From: Terriglobia bacterium
Lineage (GTDB): Bacteria; Acidobacteriota; Terriglobia; JAJPHL01; JAPKYU01
Assembly (NCBI GenBank): GCA_965223005.1
Contig: CBDCVK010000010.1
Coordinates: 1,019,656-1,083,655, forward strand
Direction: 5' to 3'
Length of the DNA stretch: 64,000 nt
Shown here one piece after another: positions 8,972 to 17,608 of the stretch (its first letter is position 1; each line of letters opens with the position of its first letter). The notes beneath the pieces are model-generated. The model had not been told where the DNA came from. It worked only from the letters and a program-made list of their open reading frames with translations, and did not search any database. A program made the translations under genes and the position numbers.

Positions 8972-9734
8972 CATTCTGGACGCCGACCAGCACACGGATC
9001 TCGAGACCGGGGTGTTTCTGGCGCGGATGGAATGGGATCTGGAGGGGTTCGAGATCCCGCGCGCGCAAATCGCCGCGCGTTTTCAGCCGCTGGCCCAAGA
9101 ACACCAGATACAGTTCGAGGTCCACTTCAGCGATGACGCTCCGAAACTCGCGATCTTCGCCTCCGGGATGCTGCATTGCCTCCAGGATCTGCTGCTCCGG
9201 CACCGGGCCGGCGAGTTCCAGGCCGAGATCGCAATGGTCCTCAGCAATCATCTGGAGGCCAATGCGGTGGCGCAGGAGTTCGGAATCCCGTTCCTTCACT
9301 TCCCCATTACCGCGGCCAGCAAGAAGGAGCAGGAGGCCAGGGAGATCGACGAGCTGCGGGCCAGAGGAATTGACCTGATCGTGCTGGCCCGCTATATGCA
9401 GATTCTGAGCGAGGATTTTGTCGCCGCCTTTCACAACCGGATCATCAATATCCACCATTCCTTTCTTCCGGCCTTTGCGAGGGGCCAAGCCTACCACCAG
9501 GCTTTCCAACGTGGGGTGAAGCTGATCGGAGCCACCTCTCACTACGTGACAATGGATCTGGATGAAGGTCCGATCATTGACCAGGAGGTCGTGCGCGTGA
9601 GCCATCGTGACTCAGTCCAGGATCTGATTCGCAAGGGGAAGGATCTGGAACGAGTGGTTCTGGCCCGCGCAGTGCGCCTGCACCTGGCTCATCGGGTGTT
9701 GACTTACGGGAACAAGACCGTTGTTTTCGACTAA
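8880..9734 (+). CDS. purU: Formyltetrahydrofolate deformylase
   Basis: 284 aa. N-terminal ACT domain (LLVFCPDQKGLVARIS, cf. E. coli PurU ICPDQKGLIARIT) plus a formyl-transferase domain (HHSFLPAF, SHYVT). Confidence 0.85.
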   Translation: MRETATLLVFCPDQKGLVARISGFIFRHGGNILDADQHTDLETGVFLARMEWDLEGFEIPRAQIAARFQPLAQEHQIQFEVHFSDDAPKLAIFASGMLHCLQDLLLRHRAGEFQAEIAMVLSNHLEANAVAQEFGIPFLHFPITAASKKEQEAREIDELRARGIDLIVLARYMQILSEDFVAAFHNRIINIHHSFLPAFARGQAYHQAFQRGVKLIGATSHYVTMDLDEGPIIDQEVVRVSHRDSVQDLIRKGKDLERVVLARAVRLHLAHRVLTYGNKTVVFD

Positions 9735-9842
9735 GCCCCGGGGCCTACCACCCTCCTTAACGCACGGCTGCGGATGATCAGTTACGCCTTGTTTGGTAGC
9801 TTCCTTCCGCTATAAAATAGGGCGCTCCCCGGGGAGGACATT

Positions 9843-10373
9843 ATGGGTGCCGCACTGACTGCAGGATTGTCCAGGCTGGTTGATGAAGCCGGCAAGTCCG
9901 GAGGGGGTCTGTCCGGGCAGGTTCTGGAAAAAATTGTCGCCGAACTCGCCAAGGCCTTCCATGTAAAATTGGACGAAGTGGCCGTTTTGCACCTGACCCA
10001 CGGCGGCTCCTTGCTTTCCTTTATTTATCCGTTAAAGCTGCAAAAAGTGGGCAACATCCCGATGACCAGCACCTCCTCACTAGCGGTGCGGACCGTGCGC
10101 GAGAAGCGGCCGGAAATGATCAACAATTTCCCCGCCCAAAAACACCCGACAATTTTTGAGGCCATCGCACTGAGCGCCGAGACCAAGGGCAGCCCCATTC
10201 AGAAGATTATGAGCGCCCCCTTGGTGGTGGATGGCAAGGCGGTAGGGGTGATCCAGGTCTCTCGCAAGGGCAAGACCGCCCCGGCATCGGGTCCTGATTT
10301 CACCATCAAAGACCTTACCACTATGATTTCCGTGGCCGGGGTACTGGCGAAGGCTTTCAAAGGCGCCAAGTAG
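9843..10373 (+). CDS. GAF-domain protein
   Basis: 176 aa, GAF-like fold. Candidate promoter TTGTTT-16-TATAAA about 30 nt upstream. Confidence 0.45.
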   Translation: MGAALTAGLSRLVDEAGKSGGGLSGQVLEKIVAELAKAFHVKLDEVAVLHLTHGGSLLSFIYPLKLQKVGNIPMTSTSSLAVRTVREKRPEMINNFPAQKHPTIFEAIALSAETKGSPIQKIMSAPLVVDGKAVGVIQVSRKGKTAPASGPDFTIKDLTTMISVAGVLAKAFKGAK

Positions 10374-10393
10374 TCGGTCCCACCTCTCAGGTC

Positions 10394-11089
10394 TCAGCTC
10401 TCAGGTTTCAGTACCTGCGTCAGCCAGCCAACGATGGTGTCCAGCGCTTCGGTGTAGACCTGTGTCTGCGGCCGGCCGCGGACGCGGAAGGAGTGGTCGC
10501 CGTCCTCAATCCAGACCAACGTGGCACGGCGTCCGGGCCCACTGCCGGCGAGCCGTTCGACGACCGGGACCAACAAATCCCTTTGGGCAAAGGCATCTCG
10601 GGTCCCGGACAGGAATAGCATCGGGCAGCGAATGGAGTACAGGTGCTGGTCCCGGATCTGCTGCGGCCTGCCGAGCGGGTGGAGCGGATAACCTAGAAAC
10701 ACCAGCGCGTGGGCGGGGTAGCCGGCGGCGACCAGATGGGAGGCGATGCGCCCGCCCATGGACTTGCCGCCTAGCACAATTTTCGGCTCTCGAGGGGCAG
10801 GCACCTTCGCTTGCCCGCGCGCGAAGTCGGCCGCGGCACGATAGCAGGTTTCCAACAGTGGCCGGCGGTCTGGCAGGTTCCGTTTGGCTTCCTTGTAAGG
10901 GAAATTGAAGCGCACCGCCAAGCAGCCGCGCTCAGCCAGGCCGTCGTGGAACACCCGCATGAACTCGGAATCTATGCCGCTGCCCGCGCCGTGGGCAAGC
11001 ACGGCGACGGTGCGTGAGGCGGGCTCTCCGGCCAAGGCCGCCGAGACGCGCTCGGCCCCGGGAACCGCAATGGTGACCCGCTGTTCCAA
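10394..11089 (-). CDS. Alpha/beta-hydrolase (dienelactone-hydrolase/KANL3-like)
   Basis: 231 aa with the nucleophile elbow GGKSMGG and a C-terminal EDGDHSF. Confidence 0.6.
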   Translation of the reverse strand: MEQRVTIAVPGAERVSAALAGEPASRTVAVLAHGAGSGIDSEFMRVFHDGLAERGCLAVRFNFPYKEAKRNLPDRRPLLETCYRAAADFARGQAKVPAPREPKIVLGGKSMGGRIASHLVAAGYPAHALVFLGYPLHPLGRPQQIRDQHLYSIRCPMLFLSGTRDAFAQRDLLVPVVERLAGSGPGRRATLVWIEDGDHSFRVRGRPQTQVYTEALDTIVGWLTQVLKPES

Positions 11090-11197
11090 TGGCTCGCGGC
11101 CAGGGAGGGGAAAGGGGGATTTTCCCCAGCGAGAGGTCGCAGCACGACGCTTCAGAGCATGACTCTGCGCGTCCTTCCGCGACCCAACGGTGAGAAG

Positions 11198-11482
11198 CTA
11201 CTTCCTGCTCCTGTTGACTGCGGCTTTCAGTTCGGCGCCGGGCGCGAACTTGGCCACGCGCCGGGCGGCGATTTTCAGTGGCCGTCCGTTCTGTGGATTG
11301 CGTCCGGTGCGCGCCTTGCGGTGAGAAGTGGAAAAGGTGCCAAACCCGACCAGGGTTACCCGGCCTCCCTTCTTGAGAGCGCCGGTCACACCTTCTACCA
11401 GCGCGTCCAGGGCGCGGTTGGCCTGCACCTTGCTGATGCCAGCATCGTTCGAAACCCGCTCAATCAAGTCTCCCTTATTCAT
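11198..11482 (-). CDS. hup: HU-family nucleoid DNA-binding protein
   Basis: MNKGDLIERVSNDAGISKVQANRALDALVEGVTGALKKGGRVTLVGFGTF...GRNPQNGRPLKIAARRVAKFAPGAELK. RBS aggagg upstream. The track ORF carries a spurious 36-aa N-terminal extension. Confidence 0.85.
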   Translation of the reverse strand: MNKGDLIERVSNDAGISKVQANRALDALVEGVTGALKKGGRVTLVGFGTFSTSHRKARTGRNPQNGRPLKIAARRVAKFAPGAELKAAVNRSRK

Positions 11483-11530
11483 GAAGACATCCTCCTGGTT
11501 TGTTGCAGCGGTAGAGCAGATTGCGGCGAG

Positions 11531-11539
11531 TTTATAGCA
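11531..11539 (-). promoter_or_regulatory. Extended -10-like TGCTATAAA upstream of hup
   Basis: rc of tttatagca, about 50 nt upstream of the HU ATG. Confidence 0.3.
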
Positions 11540-11642
11540 CCCACCCCGCACCTTGTCAACCAAAGAAATCGGTGGCGCGATCGCTGCCATCAGGCCAGCG
11601 CCTGCTTGCAGCCAAGAGGGTTCAAGAGCAATCAGCGCATTG

Positions 11643-12329
11643 TTACGGCTTGCGGCCGGAGATGGAGGGCGGCCGGCCGCGAAGGGCGTCGTCCAGGCTG
11701 ACTTCGAAATACATCAGCGGCTGTGAGTTGTGGGCCCAGACAAGCTGGGTGAGGTAGAGCTTGGAACCGGACAGCCAGTCCCTACCACTCCCGATCTCGA
11801 AGTAGAAGAAGCCGCTGGCCGTGGACTCCGGCGGCAGCAGGCGCATGTTGAACTCGTGAACCAGCACTTCCATGACTATGTTTGCCCGTGACCCGCCGGG
11901 TAAGCGCGGCAGTGGGTAGGGCACCGTTCGGCGCGGCTGTTTCCCTTTCCCCGTCAGCCGTTGAACCACAACCCCCGCCGGGGTGGGCTCGATCTTCTGC
12001 CGGTCCCTCGTCAGCAATTGCACCAAAAGGTCATCCAGGCGCACCGTCTTGTCCGTCGTGTTGGCAATCACCACCAGCACCGGCAGGATGCCCGCTTTCG
12101 CCAGATTGTGCTTTCCGAAAACCGGCTTGGCTTTCTGGCGGGTCTCGAACGGTTCGGCGGCCGCGATTAACCCCTCGTGCGCGTCGCGTGCCGGATAGGC
12201 CTCCGCGGGCTTGGCACGGAACGCCAAGCGCTCCTTCTCGCCGGCCACAGCGCCACAGGCCCACAGCGCCACTCCCAGCAAGGCAACCCAACCGCGAATC
12301 CTTAGCCTGGGCCGCCGGTGTCGAGTCAT
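11643..12329 (-). CDS. Secreted hypothetical protein
   Basis: The internal Met gives MTRHRRPRLRIRGWVALLGVALWACGAVAG, a signal peptide. No known domain. Confidence 0.4.
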   Translation of the reverse strand: MTRHRRPRLRIRGWVALLGVALWACGAVAGEKERLAFRAKPAEAYPARDAHEGLIAAAEPFETRQKAKPVFGKHNLAKAGILPVLVVIANTTDKTVRLDDLLVQLLTRDRQKIEPTPAGVVVQRLTGKGKQPRRTVPYPLPRLPGGSRANIVMEVLVHEFNMRLLPPESTASGFFYFEIGSGRDWLSGSKLYLTQLVWAHNSQPLMYFEVSLDDALRGRPPSISGRKP

Positions 12330-12453
12330 CAACCAATTATGGGAACGGGACGTTAGTTCAGCAAGATAGAGTTGCTCGGCAAGATATAATGGGGACCGGA
12401 CCGGTAGAACAACCATTTTCGCCAGTTTCCGTTTTACCCTTCGCTCGGAACAG

Positions 12454-13803
12454 ATGTATCTTCTCTACAGTTTCCTGCTGGCCCTGGCTGCCCTGGTGAT
12501 GTTCCCTTACTTTCTGGTGCAGGGCCTGCGCCACGGAAAGTATCTGGGCAGCCTCCGCGCGCGGCTGGGCTGGGTGCCGGAGACGGCCCGCACCCCAGGA
12601 GACGCGCTGTGGCTCCATGCGGTTTCCGTGGGAGAAGTGCTGGCCTGCCAGAGCCTGCTGGCCGGGCTCAGGCGGCGTTTCCCGCAGCGGCCCCTGCTGG
12701 TTTCCACCACCACTGAGACGGGGTTTCGCACGGCGCAGCAGCGACGGGAAACTGGGGCGCTTGAAGCCGATGGCATTTTCTACTGCCCCTTCGATTTTCG
12801 CTTTTCCGTGCGGCGGGTGCTGCGGCGCGTGCGGCCGGCGTTGCTCTTGGTGGCGGAAACCGAGTTCTGGCCAAACCTGTTCCGGGAAGCCTCCAGGAGC
12901 GGAGCTCGAGTGGTTGTGGTGAATGCGCGGATCTCCGATCACTCATTTCCTGGATACCGCCTCTTCCGCCTTTTTGTCCAGAAGGTGTTGAACCAGACGA
13001 CGCTGCTGCTGGCGCAGTCGGAGGTAGATGCCGAACGCCTGCGGCAGCTGGGTGCGGATCCGCCGCGCGTCCGGGTTGCCGGAAACTTGAAATTTGATCG
13101 GGAAGCTGCCGCTCCGCTGCCGCCTTGGCTGGACCGGCAGCTCAGCCGCTGGACTGCGCCGGGGGCTCTGGTAGCCGGCAGCACCGCCGTTGGTGAAGAG
13201 GAAATTGTTCTGGCGGCGTTCCAGCGACTTCGCGCGCAGCGGCCCGCGTTGCGCCTTCTGCTGGCCCCGCGTCGCCCGGAGCGGTTCGAGGAGGTGGCGG
13301 AGTTGATCGAGGCCCGCGGCTTCCGTTTGGCACGCCGCTCGCGGCTCACCTCGGCGCCGGCCGCAGAGCCAGACGCGGAGCCAGATGTGGAGATTGACCC
13401 GGAGGCAGCCGTGCTGCTTTTGGACAGCGTGGGCGAGTTGGGCGCCGCCTATCGGTACGCCACCGTCGCGTTTGTGGGCGGCAGTTTGGTGCCCCACGGC
13501 GGGCAGAATATCCTGGAAGCGGCGCAGTTTGCCCGTCCGGTGGTAGTGGGTCCATACATGCAGAATTTCCGGGACATTACGCACGCATTTCGCGCGGCAG
13601 GCGCGTTGCGGCAGGTCGCTTCGGGCGCCGAATTGTCCCCCGCAATCGAGCAGCTTTTCGCCGATCCCGTTGCCGCGGCGGCGATGGGTCAGGCCGGCCG
13701 CCGGTTGCTGGAGGCCAATCGCGGCGCCACCGAACGGGTGCTCGAGGCTGTGGCCGCGCTGCTGCCAGCGCCGGCTAAGGTGGCCGTGGGGCGGACCTTA
13801 TGA
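12454..13803 (+). CDS. waaA: 3-deoxy-D-manno-octulosonic acid (Kdo) transferase
   Basis: 449 aa with an N-terminal TM anchor, LWLHAVSVGE and the GT-B fold of KdtA. Confidence 0.85.
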   Translation: MYLLYSFLLALAALVMFPYFLVQGLRHGKYLGSLRARLGWVPETARTPGDALWLHAVSVGEVLACQSLLAGLRRRFPQRPLLVSTTTETGFRTAQQRRETGALEADGIFYCPFDFRFSVRRVLRRVRPALLLVAETEFWPNLFREASRSGARVVVVNARISDHSFPGYRLFRLFVQKVLNQTTLLLAQSEVDAERLRQLGADPPRVRVAGNLKFDREAAAPLPPWLDRQLSRWTAPGALVAGSTAVGEEEIVLAAFQRLRAQRPALRLLLAPRRPERFEEVAELIEARGFRLARRSRLTSAPAAEPDAEPDVEIDPEAAVLLLDSVGELGAAYRYATVAFVGGSLVPHGGQNILEAAQFARPVVVGPYMQNFRDITHAFRAAGALRQVASGAELSPAIEQLFADPVAAAAMGQAGRRLLEANRGATERVLEAVAALLPAPAKVAVGRTL

Positions 13804-13819
13804 GCGTGCTGCTGTGGCT

Positions 13820-14863
13820 ATGAGTGTAGTGCTGTGGCCGGCGGCACGTCTGTGGTCGCTCGCCGCGCGCACACGTGTCCGCCTGTACGCTTCGGGCACC
13901 TGGCGCCAGCAACGGCTGGACCGCCCGGTAGTCAGCGTCGGCAACCTCTCGGCAGGCGGAGCGGGGAAGACCCCGTTCGTCATCTGGCTCTTCTCCGCAC
14001 TGGTGGAGCGCGGTCTGAGACCGGCGGTGCTGACGCGCGGCTATCGGCGTCCGGCCGGAGGGGAAACGCTACTGTTCACTCGCGCAGGCCACGGTGCCGC
14101 ATGGCCGCCGGACGCTGTGAGCGCGGGCGACGAAGTACAGGTGATGCTGCGGCATGGGCTGGCACCTGTTGGCGTTGACGGGAACCGCCTCCGGGCCGGA
14201 CGAGCACTGGAAGCCCAGGGCGCAGTGGACGTACACCTGCTCGATGACGGGTTTCAACATCTGGCACTGGGCCGGGACCTAGACATTGTGCTGGTGGACA
14301 GCACCCGCCCACCGTGGGAGGATGACCTGCTACCGGCTGGGCGGCTGCGAGAGTCACCTTCGGCCTTGGGACGTGCTGGAGTTATCGTGTTAACCCGGGT
14401 GCAGGATTGGACGGCGAGAGGGCAGCTGGAAACGCGCCTAAGAGGCGTGGCGCCGCAGGCCGAGATTTACGGGGCGCGCACGCGCCTGACGGCCGACGTT
14501 GGCGCAGCCGAGCCTTCGGTTCCAAGCCTCTCATCTGCGTCCTCGCAGCCTGCTCTGGCGTTTGCGGGTGTAGGCAATCCGAGGGCCTTCTTCGCCGACC
14601 TTTGCTTGGCGGGGTTTCGGGTCGTGGGCACGCAGCCGTTTCGCGACCACCATCGCTACACGGCGCGCGACCTGCGGCGACTCGAGCAGCGCGCCCGCCA
14701 GGTGGGCGCCGAAGCGCTCGTCACCACCGAGAAGGACGCCGCCAATCTGTCCGACTCCTGCCGAAACGGGCTGGAGCTGCCACTGCGGGTCGTGGGAATG
14801 GAGCTGGAGGTGGAACAGGGGGCCGCGCTGGTAGATCGCGTCGCGGGGTTGGTGCGTAAATGA
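13820..14863 (+). CDS. lpxK: Tetraacyldisaccharide 4'-kinase
   Basis: P-loop VVSVGNLSAGGAGKTP. ATG at 13820 lies just after the waaA stop; the track ORF begins 150 nt earlier, inside waaA. Confidence 0.8.
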   Translation: MSVVLWPAARLWSLAARTRVRLYASGTWRQQRLDRPVVSVGNLSAGGAGKTPFVIWLFSALVERGLRPAVLTRGYRRPAGGETLLFTRAGHGAAWPPDAVSAGDEVQVMLRHGLAPVGVDGNRLRAGRALEAQGAVDVHLLDDGFQHLALGRDLDIVLVDSTRPPWEDDLLPAGRLRESPSALGRAGVIVLTRVQDWTARGQLETRLRGVAPQAEIYGARTRLTADVGAAEPSVPSLSSASSQPALAFAGVGNPRAFFADLCLAGFRVVGTQPFRDHHRYTARDLRRLEQRARQVGAEALVTTEKDAANLSDSCRNGLELPLRVVGMELEVEQGAALVDRVAGLVRK

Positions 14864-15921
14864 GCCGGCTGGTCGAAGCGCGGAGAATCCTGGTGCGGGC
14901 CACCAACTGGGTGGGCGATGCGGTGATGACTCTGCCGGCACTGCGCGAGCTGCGCCGAGCGTTGCCGGCTGCCCACATCACCCTGCTGGCCCGGCCCTGG
15001 GTCAGCACCGTCTTCGAGCGAGAAGCTGTCGCTGACCGCCTGCTGCTGTATCCCAGCAATGGAAGCATGGGCTGGCGCCAGACCGCCGTCGCGCTGCGCA
15101 CGGAGCGCTTCGACGCGGCGGTGCTGTTCCAGAACGCTTTCGAAGCCGCTCTGCTGGCCCGCTGGGCGCGGGTTCCGGTCCGCTGCGGCTACGCCCGCGA
15201 CGGCCGGTCCTGGCTGCTGACCCACGCGGTCCCGGTCCCGCGCCAGGACGAGATTCCTGCGCACGAGTGCTACTACTACCTGGAGTTGCTGCGGCGCCTG
15301 AACGTGCTGCCGGAACTGCCGCAGGTCTCCCAGATCCTGCTGGCCCGACTGCCCTCGCGAGAAATTGGCCGCGACAAGCTGGTGAGCTTTGGTCTGCCTG
15401 ACGCCTTTCGCGGTCCAGTGATCGGGATCAATCCGGGAGCCATGTTTGGTACGGCGAAGCGTTGGTTCCCGTCGCGGTTCGCCGCGGTGGGACAGGCCCT
15501 GGCCGCGCAAGGCGCGGCCGTGGTCCTGTTCGGCGCTGCCTCGGAACGCAAGCTGGCTGAGGAAGTGGCCGCCACCGTTGGCCCGGCGGCAGTTTCCACC
15601 GCTGGCCGCACGAGCCTGAGCGAATTTCTCGAGCTGGTGGCAGGCTGCGATCTGTTTCTGACCAACGACACCGGCACCATGCATCTGGCCGCAGCGGCCG
15701 GCGTTCCGGTGCTGGCGATCTTCGGAGCCACGGACGAAGTGGCCACCGCCCCGCTCGGCCCTTGTGTCCGGATCATCAAGAAGCCAGTGCCGTGCAGCCC
15801 CTGCAAGCTGCGCGATTGTCCCATTGACCATCGCTGCATGAGCGGCGTGGAGACCGAGGAGGTGCTGGCTGCCGCGCAGCAGATGCTGGGAGAACCCAGT
15901 CTTCGTCGAGGCCATGCCTAA
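14860..15921 (+). CDS. GT9 ADP-heptose:LPS heptosyltransferase (WaaF-like)
   Basis: 353 aa GT9 fold. 4-nt overlap with lpxK. Confidence 0.7.
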   Translation: MSRLVEARRILVRATNWVGDAVMTLPALRELRRALPAAHITLLARPWVSTVFEREAVADRLLLYPSNGSMGWRQTAVALRTERFDAAVLFQNAFEAALLARWARVPVRCGYARDGRSWLLTHAVPVPRQDEIPAHECYYYLELLRRLNVLPELPQVSQILLARLPSREIGRDKLVSFGLPDAFRGPVIGINPGAMFGTAKRWFPSRFAAVGQALAAQGAAVVLFGAASERKLAEEVAATVGPAAVSTAGRTSLSEFLELVAGCDLFLTNDTGTMHLAAAAGVPVLAIFGATDEVATAPLGPCVRIIKKPVPCSPCKLRDCPIDHRCMSGVETEEVLAAAQQMLGEPSLRRGHA

Positions 15922-15933
15922 TTCACCCTTGCC

Positions 15934-17055
15934 TTGTCCGGGTTCAAAAGGAGCAGCGAACCGTTGAGCCAGGAAAAGCCAAGTACGTATCTGGAGATTC
16001 TCGAGCGCTTCCCCGCACAGACGGTGTTGGTGGTTGGCGATCTGGTGGCCGACGAGTTCGTGCTGGGCGAGATTTCCCGGGTTTCGCGGGAAGCCGCAGT
16101 GCTCATTTTGAAGCACCGGCAGACGCAGATTCTGCCTGGTGGCGGCGCCAACGCGGCGTATAACCTGGCCGATCTCGGGGCCAAGGTGATTCCAGTGGGG
16201 GTGGTTGGCGACGACGACGCCGGGCGGGCGTTGCTGGAGTGTTTTCGCAAGCGCCGCGTGGAAACACGCGGCGTCGTGGTGGCGCGCGAATTGACCACCA
16301 CCACCAAGAGCCGCGTTCTAGCTGGTACAGTGCACGGCAGCCGCCAGCAGGTAGTGAGGATTGACCGCGAGCCCGCGCAGCCGGCCTCCCCGGCCCGGCG
16401 GGCGGAGGTCCAGCGGCGCGCACTGCGCCTGGGGCGCCGGGCAGACGCCGCTCTGGTCTCCGACTACGGCTACGGCGCCACCTCTCCGGAACTGGCCGGT
16501 GCGCTGGGCGCTGCCCTCAATGGCCGTCCGGTGACGATTGATTCGCGCTTCGACCTGCTGAAGTACGCCGGAGCCACCGCGGCCACGCCGAATGAGCCGG
16601 AACTGGAAGAGGCGTTTCACGCGCGCATCGGCGCCGACACGCACAAGCTGGAGCACACGGCGCGAAGCGTGCTGCGCCGGATGCGGCTCGAGGCCCTGCT
16701 GGTTACTCGCGGGCGGCACGGAATGGTGCTGTTTGAGCCGCGCCGCCGCCCGGTGTACATCCCCGTCTGGGGCTCTGATGAGGTTGCGGACGTGACCGGG
16801 GCCGGCGACACGGTGATTGCCACCTTCACCCTGGCCCTGGCCGCCGGCGCCAGCTTTGAGCAGGCGGCGCGGCTGGCGAACTTTGCGGGCGGCATTGTGG
16901 TCATGAAGCGCGGCACGGCCACCGCAACCTTGGAGGAACTTCGAGAGGCAGTCACGAGCAGGGAAGCGCTCGGCCCGGCAGTGCCGGACAGGGGCCGGAC
17001 AGGGGCCGGGCAAGGGCGGGGCAAGGGCCGGGCAAGGGGAGATGAACACAGCTGA
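15934..17055 (+). CDS. hldA: D-glycero-beta-D-manno-heptose-7-phosphate kinase (RfaE domain I) as a stand-alone gene
   Basis: PfkB/ribokinase fold (ADVTGAGDTVIAT). The C-terminal ~25 aa are a Gly/Arg-rich tail encoded by 12-nt tandem repeats. Confidence 0.8.
   Translation: MSGFKRSSEPLSQEKPSTYLEILERFPAQTVLVVGDLVADEFVLGEISRVSREAAVLILKHRQTQILPGGGANAAYNLADLGAKVIPVGVVGDDDAGRALLECFRKRRVETRGVVVARELTTTTKSRVLAGTVHGSRQQVVRIDREPAQPASPARRAEVQRRALRLGRRADAALVSDYGYGATSPELAGALGAALNGRPVTIDSRFDLLKYAGATAATPNEPELEEAFHARIGADTHKLEHTARSVLRRMRLEALLVTRGRHGMVLFEPRRRPVYIPVWGSDEVADVTGAGDTVIATFTLALAAGASFEQAARLANFAGGIVVMKRGTATATLEELREAVTSREALGPAVPDRGRTGAGQGRGKGRARGDEHS
16984..17040. repeat. 12-nt tandem repeat (~5 copies, degenerate) at the hldA/hldC junction
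   Basis: ggccggacaggg / gccggacagggg / ccgggcaagggc / ggggcaagggcc / gggcaagggg. Confidence 0.7.
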
Positions 17056-17536
17056 CAAATTCGTGGGCCGCGTGCGAGCGCGCGAGCTTGCGGACCAGGC
17101 GCGGGGCGACGGGCGCCGCCTGGTGCTGGCCAACGGCTGCTTTGACCTGCTGCACGCGGGCCATGTGCGTTACCTGCAGGGCGCGCGAGCCTGCGGCGAC
17201 CTGCTGGTAGTGGGCATTAACTCCGACCGAAGCGTGCGCGCTCTGAAGGGCGACGGGCGCCCGCTGATGGACCAGCAAGCGCGCGCTCGCATGGTGGCCG
17301 CCCTGTCGGCGGTGGACTGGGTCGTCATCTTCGACGAGCCAGACGTGACCGCGCTGCTGAGGGAACTGCGCCCGCAGGTCCACGCCAAAGGCACCGACTA
17401 CACCTCCGAGACCGTGCCCGAGCGGGAGACGATGCGCGCTCTGGGCGGCGAGGTCGCCATTGTCGGCGACGCCAAGCACCACTCGACCCGCGACCTGATC
17501 AGCCGCATCGTGAAGGCGCAAGACAGTACGCAGTAG
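17042..17536 (+). CDS. hldC: D-glycero-beta-D-manno-heptose-1-phosphate adenylyltransferase (RfaE domain II) as a stand-alone gene
   Basis: 164 aa with the cytidylyltransferase signature NGCFDLLHAGHVRYL. Confidence 0.85.
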   Translation: MNTADKFVGRVRARELADQARGDGRRLVLANGCFDLLHAGHVRYLQGARACGDLLVVGINSDRSVRALKGDGRPLMDQQARARMVAALSAVDWVVIFDEPDVTALLRELRPQVHAKGTDYTSETVPERETMRALGGEVAIVGDAKHHSTRDLISRIVKAQDSTQ

Positions 17537-17608
17537 GCGGTAGGCAGGTGGGAGGCTAACTGTGCGGCTGGTACCTGAAACCTGGAACCTGACACCTGGC
17601 TTGGTTCG

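Noticed and set aside
9735-9760. GCCCCGGGGC palindrome after purU as a terminator
   Set aside because: A 10-nt perfect palindrome with no loop and no T tract, probably a restriction-site-like coincidence.
12943-13584. 213-aa minus-strand ORF
   Set aside because: Antisense to waaA.
14656-16116. 486-aa minus-strand ORF across waaF/hldA
   Set aside because: Antisense to the LPS core genes. Arg/Gly/Ala-rich product with no recognisable fold.
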